From the NCBI RefSeq assembly GCF_044704955.1, contig NC_091995.1:19840001-19904000 (forward strand): a stretch of 64,000 bases of DNA, in the 5' to 3' direction. A program made the translations under genes and the position numbers. Positions 51,402-62,237 of the stretch are shown here, piece after piece. Position 1 is the first letter of the stretch; each line of letters begins with the position of its first letter. Under the pieces are notes generated by a model. It was given only the letters and a program-made list of their open reading frames with translations, had not been told where the DNA came from and searched no databases. This DNA comes from Pristiophorus japonicus (Eukaryota).

Positions 51402-52654
51402 GTACAGATACAGTCAGTAACACACAGTGCTGGGAGAGGGGTTACTGAGTGACAGTGTGAGGGAACTGGATTAACATCAGTACAGATACAGTCAGTAACA
51501 CAGTGCTGGGGGAGGGGTTACTGAGTGACAGTGTGAGGGAGCTGGATTAACATCAGTACAGATACAGTCAGTAACACAGTGCTGGGGGAGGGGTTACTGA
51601 GTGACAGTGTGAGGGAGCTGGATTAACATCAGTACAGATACAATCAGTAACACAGGGTGCTGGGGGAGAGGTTACTGAGTGACAGTGTGAGGGAGCTGGA
51701 TTAACATCAGTACAGATACAGTCAGTAACACAGGGTGCTGGGGGAGGGGTTACTGAGTGACAGTGTGAGGGAGCTGGATTAACATCAGTACAGATACATT
51801 TTAGGTTTAATTTGAAGACAATGGAGAGAATTTTCCATGGTTTGTGCCACTGATGGGGCTTCACAGCAACGACAGTTTATGATGCACATGTGCTGCCTGA
51901 GAATTTTCACCATTTAAAATAGAAAGAAAATAGTGGGCAATGTATCTGTAAGTTCCCACCAGACCACCCATTGTCTGTGAAGTCCCATGGGTGGGGCAGG
52001 GCCACACAGGAATATTAGATTTGAGGCGATGGGGGGAACACAAGAACAAAAGAAATAGGAGCAGGAGTCGGCTATTCGGCCACTTGAGCCTGCTCCCCAT
52101 TCAATAAGATCGTAGCTGATCCACCTCAACACCACTTTCCTGCACTATCCCCATATCCCTGGATTCCCTGAACATCCAAAAATCTATCCATCTCTGTCTT
52201 GTATATACTCAACGACGGAGCCTGCACAGCTTTCTGGGGTAGAGAATTGCAAACATTCACCACCCTGTGAGTGAAGAGATTTCACCCTGTCAATCCCCCT
52301 CAGAATATTATGGGCTGGATGTTCCGCTCCTTGGCACTCTGGGTTTCACCCCGGAGCGGTGTGAAAGGCAGTGTTCAGGTCTCCTGCGTCCCGTCACCAT
52401 CCTCCGGTCCGGTTTTGTGGTGGCACAGAGCAGCACCGCCGGGAAGAGCTGCACCGGGTGTACAACATCTCTGGTTGTCACACCGGCAGTAGTTTGCACT
52501 TTTGCCCGATCCGTCCACCCGGAAGTGCACCTGCTCTGACCGCCTGGGAAACCAGAGCGATCCAGCATCGCCGGCGGGGCAGAGAGAGGGAAAGTGCTCC
52601 GAAGGTAAGTGTGAGTGGTTCTTTTAATTTTATAGTGATTTGTGTTGTGGTCAA

Positions 52655-53240
52655 CAACCCTAATCCTAATTCACTAACCAGTGATCCAAATCTTAAAACT
52701 AACCACTATCTCTAACCCTAATCCTCACCACTAACTCTAACCCTAATCCTAATTCACTAACCAGTGATCCTAATCTTAAAACTAACCACTAACTCTAACC
52801 CTAATCCTCACCACTATCTCTAACCCTAATCCTGACCACTATCTCTAACACTAATCCTAACCACTAACTCTAACCCTAATCCTCACCACTATCTCTAACC
52901 CTAATCCTAACCACTATCTCTAACCCTAATCCTAAATCACTAACCTGTGATCCCAATCTTAAAACTAACCACTATCTCTAACCCTAACCACTATTTCTAA
53001 CCCTAATCCTCACCACTAAATCTAACCGTAATCCTAACCACTAACTCTAACCCGAACCAATAACTCTAACCCTAATCCTAACCACTAACTCAAACCCGAA
53101 TTCTAACCACTATCTCTAACCCTAACCCTAACCCCTATGTTTAACACCCTAACCCCCTGCCAACAACCCTAATCCTAATTCCCTAACCAGTGACCCCAAT
53201 CCTAACCTTTACCACTAACCTCTAATCCTAATCCACTAAC
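52655..53240 (+). repeat. Degenerate telomere-like (TAACCC)n-derived repeat
   Basis: ctaaccctaatcctaaccactat variants with higher-order duplication; follows a GC-rich gggctggatgttcc element end at ~52311. Confidence 0.8.
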
Positions 53241-54454
53241 CGTGCAGTGTCACTAATCATTGGGGTGTTGCCGATGATGCAGCTCGGTCACATTGTCAGT
53301 AGTCAGTCCGACAGAAAAAGGACATCACAACTAACCTTGAAAAAAATCCCGAAGGGAGTTACTTTATTTGAACAGTAAAGGTTACAGAGTAAAGCTCGCA
53401 GATTGCCGTGGGAAGGAAGGGCTCCTCTCCCCCTGTCTTCTTGCAGTTTCCCTCCCCACTGAGGATGACCCAGGGATAATGCTTACAATGTGTGGAGCAG
53501 AGTGTTATGTGCTAACAATCACTGAGACAGACAGTTGTGGTTGTAACACAGATTCGGAATACAGGAAGTCAAACAAGACGGTGCATTCCTGACCAGAATG
53601 GAAGGTGGCTCAGTCTCAGGCCCATTCTGACTTTGTCCCCTTTCTGTTACAACTCATCCTTCTCATGTTCAACACATATTCCAGGGCGATAGGGTGGAAA
53701 CGTTTCATATAATGAATAAGGGGATGGGGTAGATAGAAGCAGGGTGTTTCCCGTGTTCGGGGGCTCAAGGCGAGGAGCCATAGATACACGATTAAATGTA
53801 AGAGATTTAGAACAGTGATTAATGGAAACTTCTTCCCACACAGAGCTGTGAGGCTGTGGAGTTCACTTCCAGGGTCAGTGGTTGGGGCACAACGTTCTGC
53901 AGTGACAAATGGTCCTCATGGTTTTATCCAGGACAGGCCTCAGACCAGTCATTTGCTCCAATGTTGATGCAATGGTTCAAGCCAAATATCGGGAGCAGCA
54001 GTCACAGTAAATAAAATCTGAGCCGAGGTAAGTACCAATATAGTTTATCTTCATCTATTTCTGTTTCAGTAACTTCTGCTGAATGTGTCCCAGATTTCGG
54101 ATCAGGCCCAAAATGAATGTGCCTCCCCTGCTCTAGTCCATGATATGCTGAGAAGTATCGAATCACCTGCCCACAGCATCTTGGCTTGGAGAAATAAAAC
54201 ATAAACATAAAACAGGACACCGTGTGATCTCACCTGCTCCTCTTTACAATAACTGTGGGGTCTTTTACATACGCTGACGGACCCTCGGTTTAATGGCCTT
54301 GAAATTAACTCAGAGCCGAGAATGGAGTGTGGGGGGCCGGGGTTGGGGGATGGGCTGCAGCGGACAACGTCTGTATCAGGCAACGGGCCCCCAACATCAC
54401 AATATGAAGAACCATTTGAATTTTTGCTTCTGGGTTTGGTGCCTCCACTGCCCC

Positions 54455-54685
54455 ACAGAGAGGAAATGTTGCCCTCGTTTCACAGATGCTGCCCTTGATG
54501 TTCTGCTCCGTGCTGGAAGGGCCAGGAGGGAGGTGCTGTTTCCCACCAGTGTAAATAAGAGAGCTGCTGCCACCATGAAGAAGGCCTGGGTGGAGTTAGC
54601 AGAAGAAGTGAGCAGCTGAAGTGTGACCATGAGGTCCTGGATTTAGTGCCACAAAGGTTCAATGACCTGACTTGGTCAGGAAAGG
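54455..54685 (+). mobile_element. Decayed Harbinger-type Myb/SANT exon
   Basis: PRFTDAALDVLL...RREVLFP...KKAWVELAEEVSS*...RFNDL with stops. Confidence 0.65.
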
Positions 54686-55164
54686 TCAACATACATCGAT
54701 ATTCATCCAAATCCTGCAGTGCACTCCCTCTCACTATTTCTTGTCAGTCCCACTCCATTTACATCTCTCCCATCAGGATCATTCGGACCGGCTCGATGTA
54801 CCTCCTCTCATCCTCACTCCCTTCACATGTTCAATAACAACAGGGAAACAACAACTTGCACATTCAACAATCCCTGTGGTGTTTAAAGTGGCCCATTGTG
54901 TCTGCGACAGCTCTTGGAAATAGCTATCCAATTAGTCCCACTCCCCCACTCTTTCCCAATAGACGCAATTCTTTTCTTTTCAAGTCTTTATCCAATTCCG
55001 GTTTGAAAGTTATGATTGAATCTGCTTCCACCAGCCTTTCAGGCCGTGCATCCCACATCATTCCAGGCCACGGTTTACTGACAGGATTTCACTGTAAACG
55101 GTCACGTTGGCAGTTTCAATGTTAAATGGTGACATAAAGGTGATCAAACATTTAAAGTTGGGCA

Positions 55165-57812
55165 GTGTGGCACATACGGGAGCACAGTGGTTAAGTTACA
55201 GAGTTAGTAATCCAGGGCCTGGACTAATGATCCAGAGATGTGAGTTTAAATCCCACCAGCTGTGGAATTTAAATTCAGTTAATTAAATAAAAATCTGGAA
55301 TTTACAAAAAGCGAGTGTCAGTAATGGTGACCATCAAACTATCGGATTGTCGTAAAAACCCATCTGGTTCACTAATGTCCTTTAGGGAAGGAAATCTGCC
55401 GTCCTTACCCGGTCTGGCCTATGTGTGACTCCAGACCCACAACAATGTGGTTGACATTTAATTGCCCTCTGAAATGGCCCAGCGAGCCACTCGGTATCGA
55501 CCTCGGCACCAGCGACAGACACGACAACAGCTCACACAGCCCAGTCGACCCTGCAAAGTCCTCCTCACCAACATCTGGGGACTTGTGACAAAATTGGGAG
55601 AGCTGTCCCACAGACTCCTCAAGCAACAGCCTGACATCGTCATACTCACAGAATCATACCTTTCAGCCAATGTCCCAAACTCCTCCATCACCATCCCTGG
55701 GTATGTCCTGTCCCACCGGCAGGCAAACACACCAGGGGTGGCAGCACAGTGGTATACGGGAGGGAGGGAGTGGCCCTGGGAGTCCTCAACATTGACTCCG
55801 GACCCCATGAAGTCTCATGGCTTCAGGTCAAGCATGGGCAAGGAAACCCCCTGCTGATCACCACCTACCGCCCTCCCTCAGCTGATGAATCAGTACTCCT
55901 CCATGTTCAACACCACTTGGAAGAAGCACTGAGAGTAGCAAGGGCACAGAATGTACTCTGGGTGGGGGACTTCAATGTCCATCACCAAGAGTGGCTCGGT
56001 AGCACCACTACTGACCGAGCTGGCCGAGTCCTGAAGGACATAGCTGCCAGACTGGGCCTGCGGCAGGTGGTGAGAGAACCAACACGAGGGAAAAACCTAC
56101 TTGACCTCGTCCTCACCAATCTACCTGTCGCAGATACATCTGTCCATGACAGTAGTGGTAGCAGTGACCACCGCACAGTCCTTGTGGAGACAAAATCTCA
56201 CCTTCACACTGAGGACAACCTCCATCGTGTTGTGTGGCACCACCACCGTGATAAATGGGATAGATTTAGAACAGATCTACAGCTCAAAACTGGGAATCCA
56301 TGAGGCGCTGGGGGCCATCAGCAGCAGAATTGTATTCCACCACAATCTGTAACCTCATGGCCCGGTATATCCCTCACTCTACCATTCCCATCGAGCCAGG
56401 ACAACAATCCTGGTTCAATGAGGAGTGTAGAAAAACACGCCAGGAGCAGCATCCGACATATTAAAAATGAGGTGCCAACCTGGGAAGCTGCAACACAGGA
56501 CTACATGCATGTTAAAAAGGTGGTAATAGTATGTGATAGACAGGGCTAAGTGATCCCACAATCAACGGATCAGATCAAAGCTCTGTAGTCCTGCCACATC
56601 CAGTCGTGAATGGTGGTGGACCAATAAACAACTGACGGGAGGAGGAGGCTCCATGAATATCCCCATCCTCAATGATAGCCGAGCCCAGCACGTGAGTACA
56701 AAAGACAAGACTGAAGTGTTTACAACCATCTTCAGCCAGAAATGCCGAGTGGGTGATCCATATCAGCCTCTTCCTGAGGTCCTCACCATCACAGAAGCCA
56801 GGCTCCAGTGAATCGATTCACTCCACGTGATATCAAGAAACGGCTGAGCGCACTGGATACAGTAAAGGCTATGGGCCCCGACAACATCCCGGCTGTTGGG
56901 CTGAAGACTTGTGCTCCAGAACTAGCTGCGCCTCTAGCCAAGCTGTTCCAGTACAGCTACAACACTGGCATCTACCCGACAATGTGGAAAACTGCCCAGA
57001 TATGTCCTGTCCACAAAAAGCAGGAGAATTCCAATCCAGCCAAAACCGCCCCATCAGTCTACTCTCAAACAAGTGCCAGGCAATGAATATCTCCAACAGC
57101 GAGAGTCTAACCACCGCCCCTTGACATTCAACTGCATTACCGTCCCAGAATCCCCCACCATCAACGTCCTGGGGGGTCACAATTGACCAGAAACTTAACT
57201 GGACCAGCCACATAAAGTGTGGCAACAAGAGCAGGTCAGAGGCTGAGTATTCTGTGGTGAGTGTCTCACCTCCTGACTCCCCAACTACAAGGCACAAGTC
57301 AGAAGTGTGATGGAACATTCTCCACTTGCCTGGATGAGTGTAGCTCCAACAACATGCAGGAAGCTCGACACGATCCAGGACAAAGCAGCCCGCTTTATCG
57401 GCACCCCATCCCCACCTTAAACATTCACTCCCTCCACCACCGGCACACCGTGGCTGCAGTGTGTACTATCGATAAGATTCACTGCAGCAACTCGCCAAGG
57501 CTTCTTCGGCAGCACCTCCCAAACCCACGACCTTTACCACCTAGAAGGACAAGGGCAGCAGGTACATGGGAACACCACCACCTCCATGTTCCCCTCCAAA
57601 TCACAAACTATCCTGACTTGGAAATATATCGCCGCTCCTTCATTGTCGCTGGGTCAAAATCCTGGAACTCTCTCCCTCACAGCACTGTGGGAGCACCTTC
57701 ACCACACGGACTGCAACGGTTCAAGAAGGCGGCTCACCACCACCTTCTCAAGGGCAGTGAGGGATGGGCAATAAATGCTGGCCTTGCCAGCGATGCCCAC
57801 ATCCAATGAATG
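55165..57812 (+). mobile_element. CR1/L2-group LINE with a tRNA-SINE-like 5' head, APE domain and internally deleted RT
   Basis: A/B-box-like gcacagtggtta...gagtttaaatccc; LTNIWGL, DIVILTESYL, TTYRPPS, VGDFNVH, SDH; KAMGPDNIP...PVHKK; jump at ~57070 to post-RT sequence; 3' gggcaataaatgctggccttgccagcgatgcccacatcc. Confidence 0.8.
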
Positions 57813-58269
57813 TTTAAAAAATACACAAAGGTTTTGATTATATAAAAGTAGAAATAGAACAAGGTATTTGCAAACAACTCCACTGATGTAGCGAAATATT
57901 TCAAGAGCTTGCAAACATTGATGAGTGGGTGAGAAGAGTTAGGGTAAATGAGCCAAGGCCCATAGTTAATGCTGTAGTTTCTCAGGAAGCTTTTAAAGGT
58001 GGGAAAGGTGCAGGGAAGTGAGTCGTTTAATAACAGCGTTGTAGAGTACATGGGTGTGATGCATGAAGACAAGTGTGTCAGCTTGGCTCAGGTGAGGTAA
58101 AACTTGTAAATTACAGCAAACTGTATTTTGATGCTATTTACCACATTGTGTACAGTCAGACATGTAAAACGGTTTACCAATTATTGTACGATGAAAGCTG
58201 TACCTTTCTGAACTATTCTCAGGTTAGCCCTTCATTGCAAAGCTCCCCTTTAATGTGGGATTATTATAC

Positions 58270-59405
58270 TGTAACGGTCAGACACGGATCATCCAGGCAC
58301 TTGCTCATTATCTGGCCTGTCTTGGTTTTGTTTATGTTTGTGTATCCAGGACCAGGACAGATCGCCAGGACCGTGGGAGCCTGCTGTAGGAGAGGACAAA
58401 AACCCCCTCATTTTACCAGAAGGAAAAGGGCTGTGGGATCGGTCTGTGCTGTGAATTGAAACCGATACGGTTTTACCGTGGCAGAGCAGTGATTGGACGG
58501 GGGAGGACACCGGAGGGCCAATGGTGGGACAGAGTCAGCCCAAAGCATGGGGCTTTCAAGCCAATGGGAGAGCACTTGCTCGAAAACTGTGGGACTGACT
58601 CACAGCCATTATCGGAGTATTGTCTTCCCCATGTTTACACTATGGAAGGAAATTATGCAGACCTTCAGAAAACTAGGGAACCCAAAACAAACCAAGGGCC
58701 TACACAATGGCTACAGGAGGTCAACGCAATCAACACCTACTCAAACCTTGAGTAGGTTAGAAAAACTGAATTGGAGGAAAATTATGCAGACCTTCAGAAA
58801 CCAGGGAACCCAAAACAACCCAAGGGCCTACACAATGGCTACAGGAGGCCAACGCAATCAACACCCATTCAAACCTTGAGTAGGTTAACATCAGTGGAAA
58901 AAACCCGCAATAATCTAAAACTGCTGCATTTTTCAAAATCACAAAGCCCACCAATGGGAAGAATCGATTTCAGCAGGAGAGGCGGACTGGATAATCTGGC
59001 TATAAAAAGGGGTTTCTGACGTAGTGTGGGTGGTTCCCTGCCCTCGTGATCCAACAACCAGCAAGCCCCTCGACACCGAAGGAAAACCAGTGTCCGAAGA
59101 CACCGAAGATAGAAGAAACAAACCACCAGACTGCAGAAGGCGCAGTAGTGAGTATAACCTCTGGTCCCCGGAACTCTCAACTCAGTTAGGCCAGGAAAGG
59201 TGGGAGGTTGGGCATTGTACTGCTAAACTTGTGTAAAGATTTTCGTTGTGTCCGTTTGGTGGGATTTAGGGGATTGTTTTGTTGGTGTATTGCTGTTTGT
59301 TGAGATACACCTTGTCAAATAAATTGGAAGCCTAAGTTCCTCTTGGAATCACCTTCTCAGTTGTATTGTATTACATCTCCTGATCGTGAGTCTTATGTCA
59401 GAACA
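58270..59405 (+). mobile_element. Possible solo LTR
   Basis: tgt...aca ends, internal ~115-bp direct repeat (58645-58760 / 58775-58885), TATA ctataaaa ~58999, aataaa ~59318; no TSD found. Confidence 0.4.
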
Positions 59406-60968
59406 GTGTAAGGGAAGCTAGGAGCGCCTCGAAAACGCTCAACTGTGTGTCACAGGCTCGGGAAGATTAGGAGTGTTTGACACTCACAGGTGCCTCACTG
59501 GCTAGGCACAAGCTGTGGGGACGCACGAGACTCAAAACCCCCTTCATAAGCTGTGGACACAGTCTCTCCAGGGGTGCTCTTGCAGCACTCAGGGTACCTC
59601 ACAGGCCAGGCATAAGCTGTGAGGGCAGAAGCCCAGAGAGAGGCACCCAAGGCACAACAACACTCCCTGAGAACCCCTTCCACTGCCCCCATCCTGAGCT
59701 AATGTCAGTAATATATCGATCATTTCTTCACTCACCTTCTGAACCACACAAAACTGTGTCACGGAGCACGTTTACATATTTACCACAAATCAAACACAAC
59801 TTCTGATTTTAAAACAGTCTGTACGAGAATCAAGACAAAAGCATCAGAGCCAAATTAATTGGACTCGTCTTAATTTTTAAATAATTAGTTTGTTTTATTT
59901 CCAGAATAGTATCCATTGATTTATTTATTTATATATGGTTATGTATTTTAAAATCAGATTCAGAGACTCCCCTGAGCTGAACAGACCCATGGCCCTGCGG
60001 CTAAGAACGAAGGAGAAAACCGCCCCAAACATCCGCTCACACTGGGTCTCGCTCGGTCCCTGCAGAGTGGGTTGTTCCACAATGCACTTGGCAGATAATT
60101 GTGGTGGATCTGGTTGTAAGGGACACACACCGGGACCTGCACAATTGGAGAGAGGGGGATACAGTCATTCGGGGTTTATTGGGGGCAGTCACCAGCTGTA
60201 GGAAGCACACACCAACATCTGCTCGGATAACGGTGGCTGCTCAGAGCAACATCTGCACGGATAAAGAGAGGGGCTTTAGGGATTCGATAGTTCCAGCTCT
60301 GTACAAGCGCTCCTGTAGCACGGCCGTGCCCGGACACCACCAGCTGCAGTGAGAATTGAGCACAAGAATGTGTTTCCAGCAGTTAGGAGGCTGCCTTCTT
60401 CCCCCCACCCGATTAACCCCCTCCCCGGGAATTCAGCAAGACTCCGCCCAGTCTGCCCACCTCTCACTTTCAGATTGCCCGGGCCTGAAATATGACCAGA
60501 GGTGGCTACAAACTTCAAATCTGGGCCAACATGTGGAGCAAATAACGGCACATCCCCCAAAACCTCACATTAAATCAATAAACTGTAATAAAAAGCACAT
60601 CAATGTATGGAGGATGGTGCAATTAAATAGTTTAACAAATCCAGGATAATTATCAGTTTCTGACATATTCACATCACCTGCAAAACATTTGAGATTAGAG
60701 CAATTATTTCTACACCTTTAGAGCCTGTTTCCTGACTCCATACAACATTAAACTGATGCACAGAGTAAATCGGTTTGTTTAATACGGCCCTTCACTGCAC
60801 AGAAAGCAAATGTGTGGTTTTCCTGCAACAAAATCTTTTTCAGGAAACTTACAAAAATCCTTGGTTGAGAAATATTGTCCAGCAGCGCCACCGAGTGACA
60901 GGATCCAGCTGGAGCTCAGCAACATTGAGACTGAAAGTGGGTTGAATCAGGAAGTGCTGAGTGTGAAC

Positions 60969-61379
60969 ATGGTTTCCAAGCAGCAGCCCGAGAGTTGGAC
61001 TGAGGAGGTAACTTGTCCCATTTGTCTTGAATTCTTCACCGATCCGGTTTCACTGGAGTGTGGGCACAACTTCTGCCGCTCCTGTATCACACGGTGTTGG
61101 GAAAAGAAGGAGACAAACTCCTGCCCGGAATGTAGAGAGGAGTTTCCGGAAAGAAACCTCAGGATCAGTCGGGCCTTGTCCAGTCTGTCGGAGAAAGCTC
61201 GAAAATTAACCCTGAATCCGAGAGAGAAGGAAAATAAACCTCACTGTGAGGAACATCAGGAAGAACTGAAGCTGTTTTGTGAAACTGACAAGAAACTGAT
61301 CTGTTACACTTGTATAGTTTCACGGGAACACAAATCTCACAACTTCATGTCGATTAAAGAAGCTGTTGAAATCTACAAG
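60969..61379 (+). CDS. TRIM copy B exon 1 (RING + B-box2)
   Basis: [10 protein letters not shown]...CPICLEFF...CGHNFCRSC...CPEC...CEEH; donor AAG|gtaaaa; inverted paralog of 28517-28107. Confidence 0.93.
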
Positions 61380-61467
61380 GTAAAATGGAACAGATTTTAT
61401 CACCTGATTATTTTATTACATTTTCACACTCCGGCCCTTTCATTCTGTGATTTTCTCCCAATCCCAG

Positions 61468-61563
61468 GATCAGCTGAAATCCTCTTTAGAATCTCTGACA
61501 GAGAAGAAATCGGTGGTTCTAGAAACGGAACGGAAACAGAAACGGCAGATTTCCGAAGTTAGG
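61468..61563 (+). CDS. TRIM-B exon 2 (96 bp)
   Basis: cccag|[32 protein letters not shown]|gtaagg. Confidence 0.9.
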
Positions 61564-61655
61564 GTAAGGTCTCCCTGTGCTGATTTTCTGGGATCTCGGT
61601 GAGTTTTGTTCCCTCTATCGTGATACAGGATTATTTTTCACCTTTCATTTGGTAG

Positions 61656-61889
61656 GAACAGTCGAGCAGTCTGCAGACCCACATCACATCCGAGTTCACT
61701 AAAATGCACCAGATTCTCACTGAGAAAGAGCAGCGTTTAATCAGAGATCTCAGGGGAGAAGAGGAGAGGATTGTAGATACAATGGAGAAAAACCTTCGAC
61801 AAATTCAAGAGAATTTAAATTCTATTGAGGAGCAGCTTTCAAAGTTGCAGAAACAGATGGAGCAACAAGACGGGCTGACATTTCTGAAG
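61656..61889 (+). CDS. TRIM-B exon 3 (234 bp); remaining exons expected beyond the window
   Basis: ggtag|EQSSSLQ...LTFLK|gtgagg. Confidence 0.9.
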
Positions 61890-62237
61890 GTGAGGATTAT
61901 ATTGTGGGTTAGTTGCACAATAACCGACAATGTTGGAATAAATGCAGCATTTGCTGAAAAATTCTAAACTGATTTAAACCGATTGTTTTGTCTATTCCGA
62001 GATGGATCTACTATTGTGACTGAACTAACCACCTCCCACACTGTCTGCAGGATCTGGGAATGAGTTGCCCTGATCTTATGCTTGGCCTGTAATTATTTCT
62101 GTATTCCCCAAGAGGTTAATATTCTCCTGGAGCTCACATTACATTCCTGGTCCAGTTACATTGTGTGAGTGTGTGGGTATGTCTGGTACGGTGGGTGTGA
62201 GAGTCACTGTGTCTCTGAGTGAGACTGGTGTTCAGTT

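Larger units (their letters stand above)
43767..51798 (+). repeat. 68-70-bp minisatellite array in four blocks separated by CR1 fragments (higher-order repeat)
   Basis: Unit cagtacagatacagtcagtaacaca(gg)gtgctgggggaggggttactgagtgacagtgtgagggagctggattaacat; blocks ~43767-45209, 46381-47300, 49381-50230, 51402-51798. Confidence 0.95.

Noticed and set aside
43767-51798. CRISPR-like repeat/spacer array (also considered for 10305-12030 and 12894-13288)
   Set aside because: Head-to-tail tandem units without unique spacers, no cas genes, eukaryotic context
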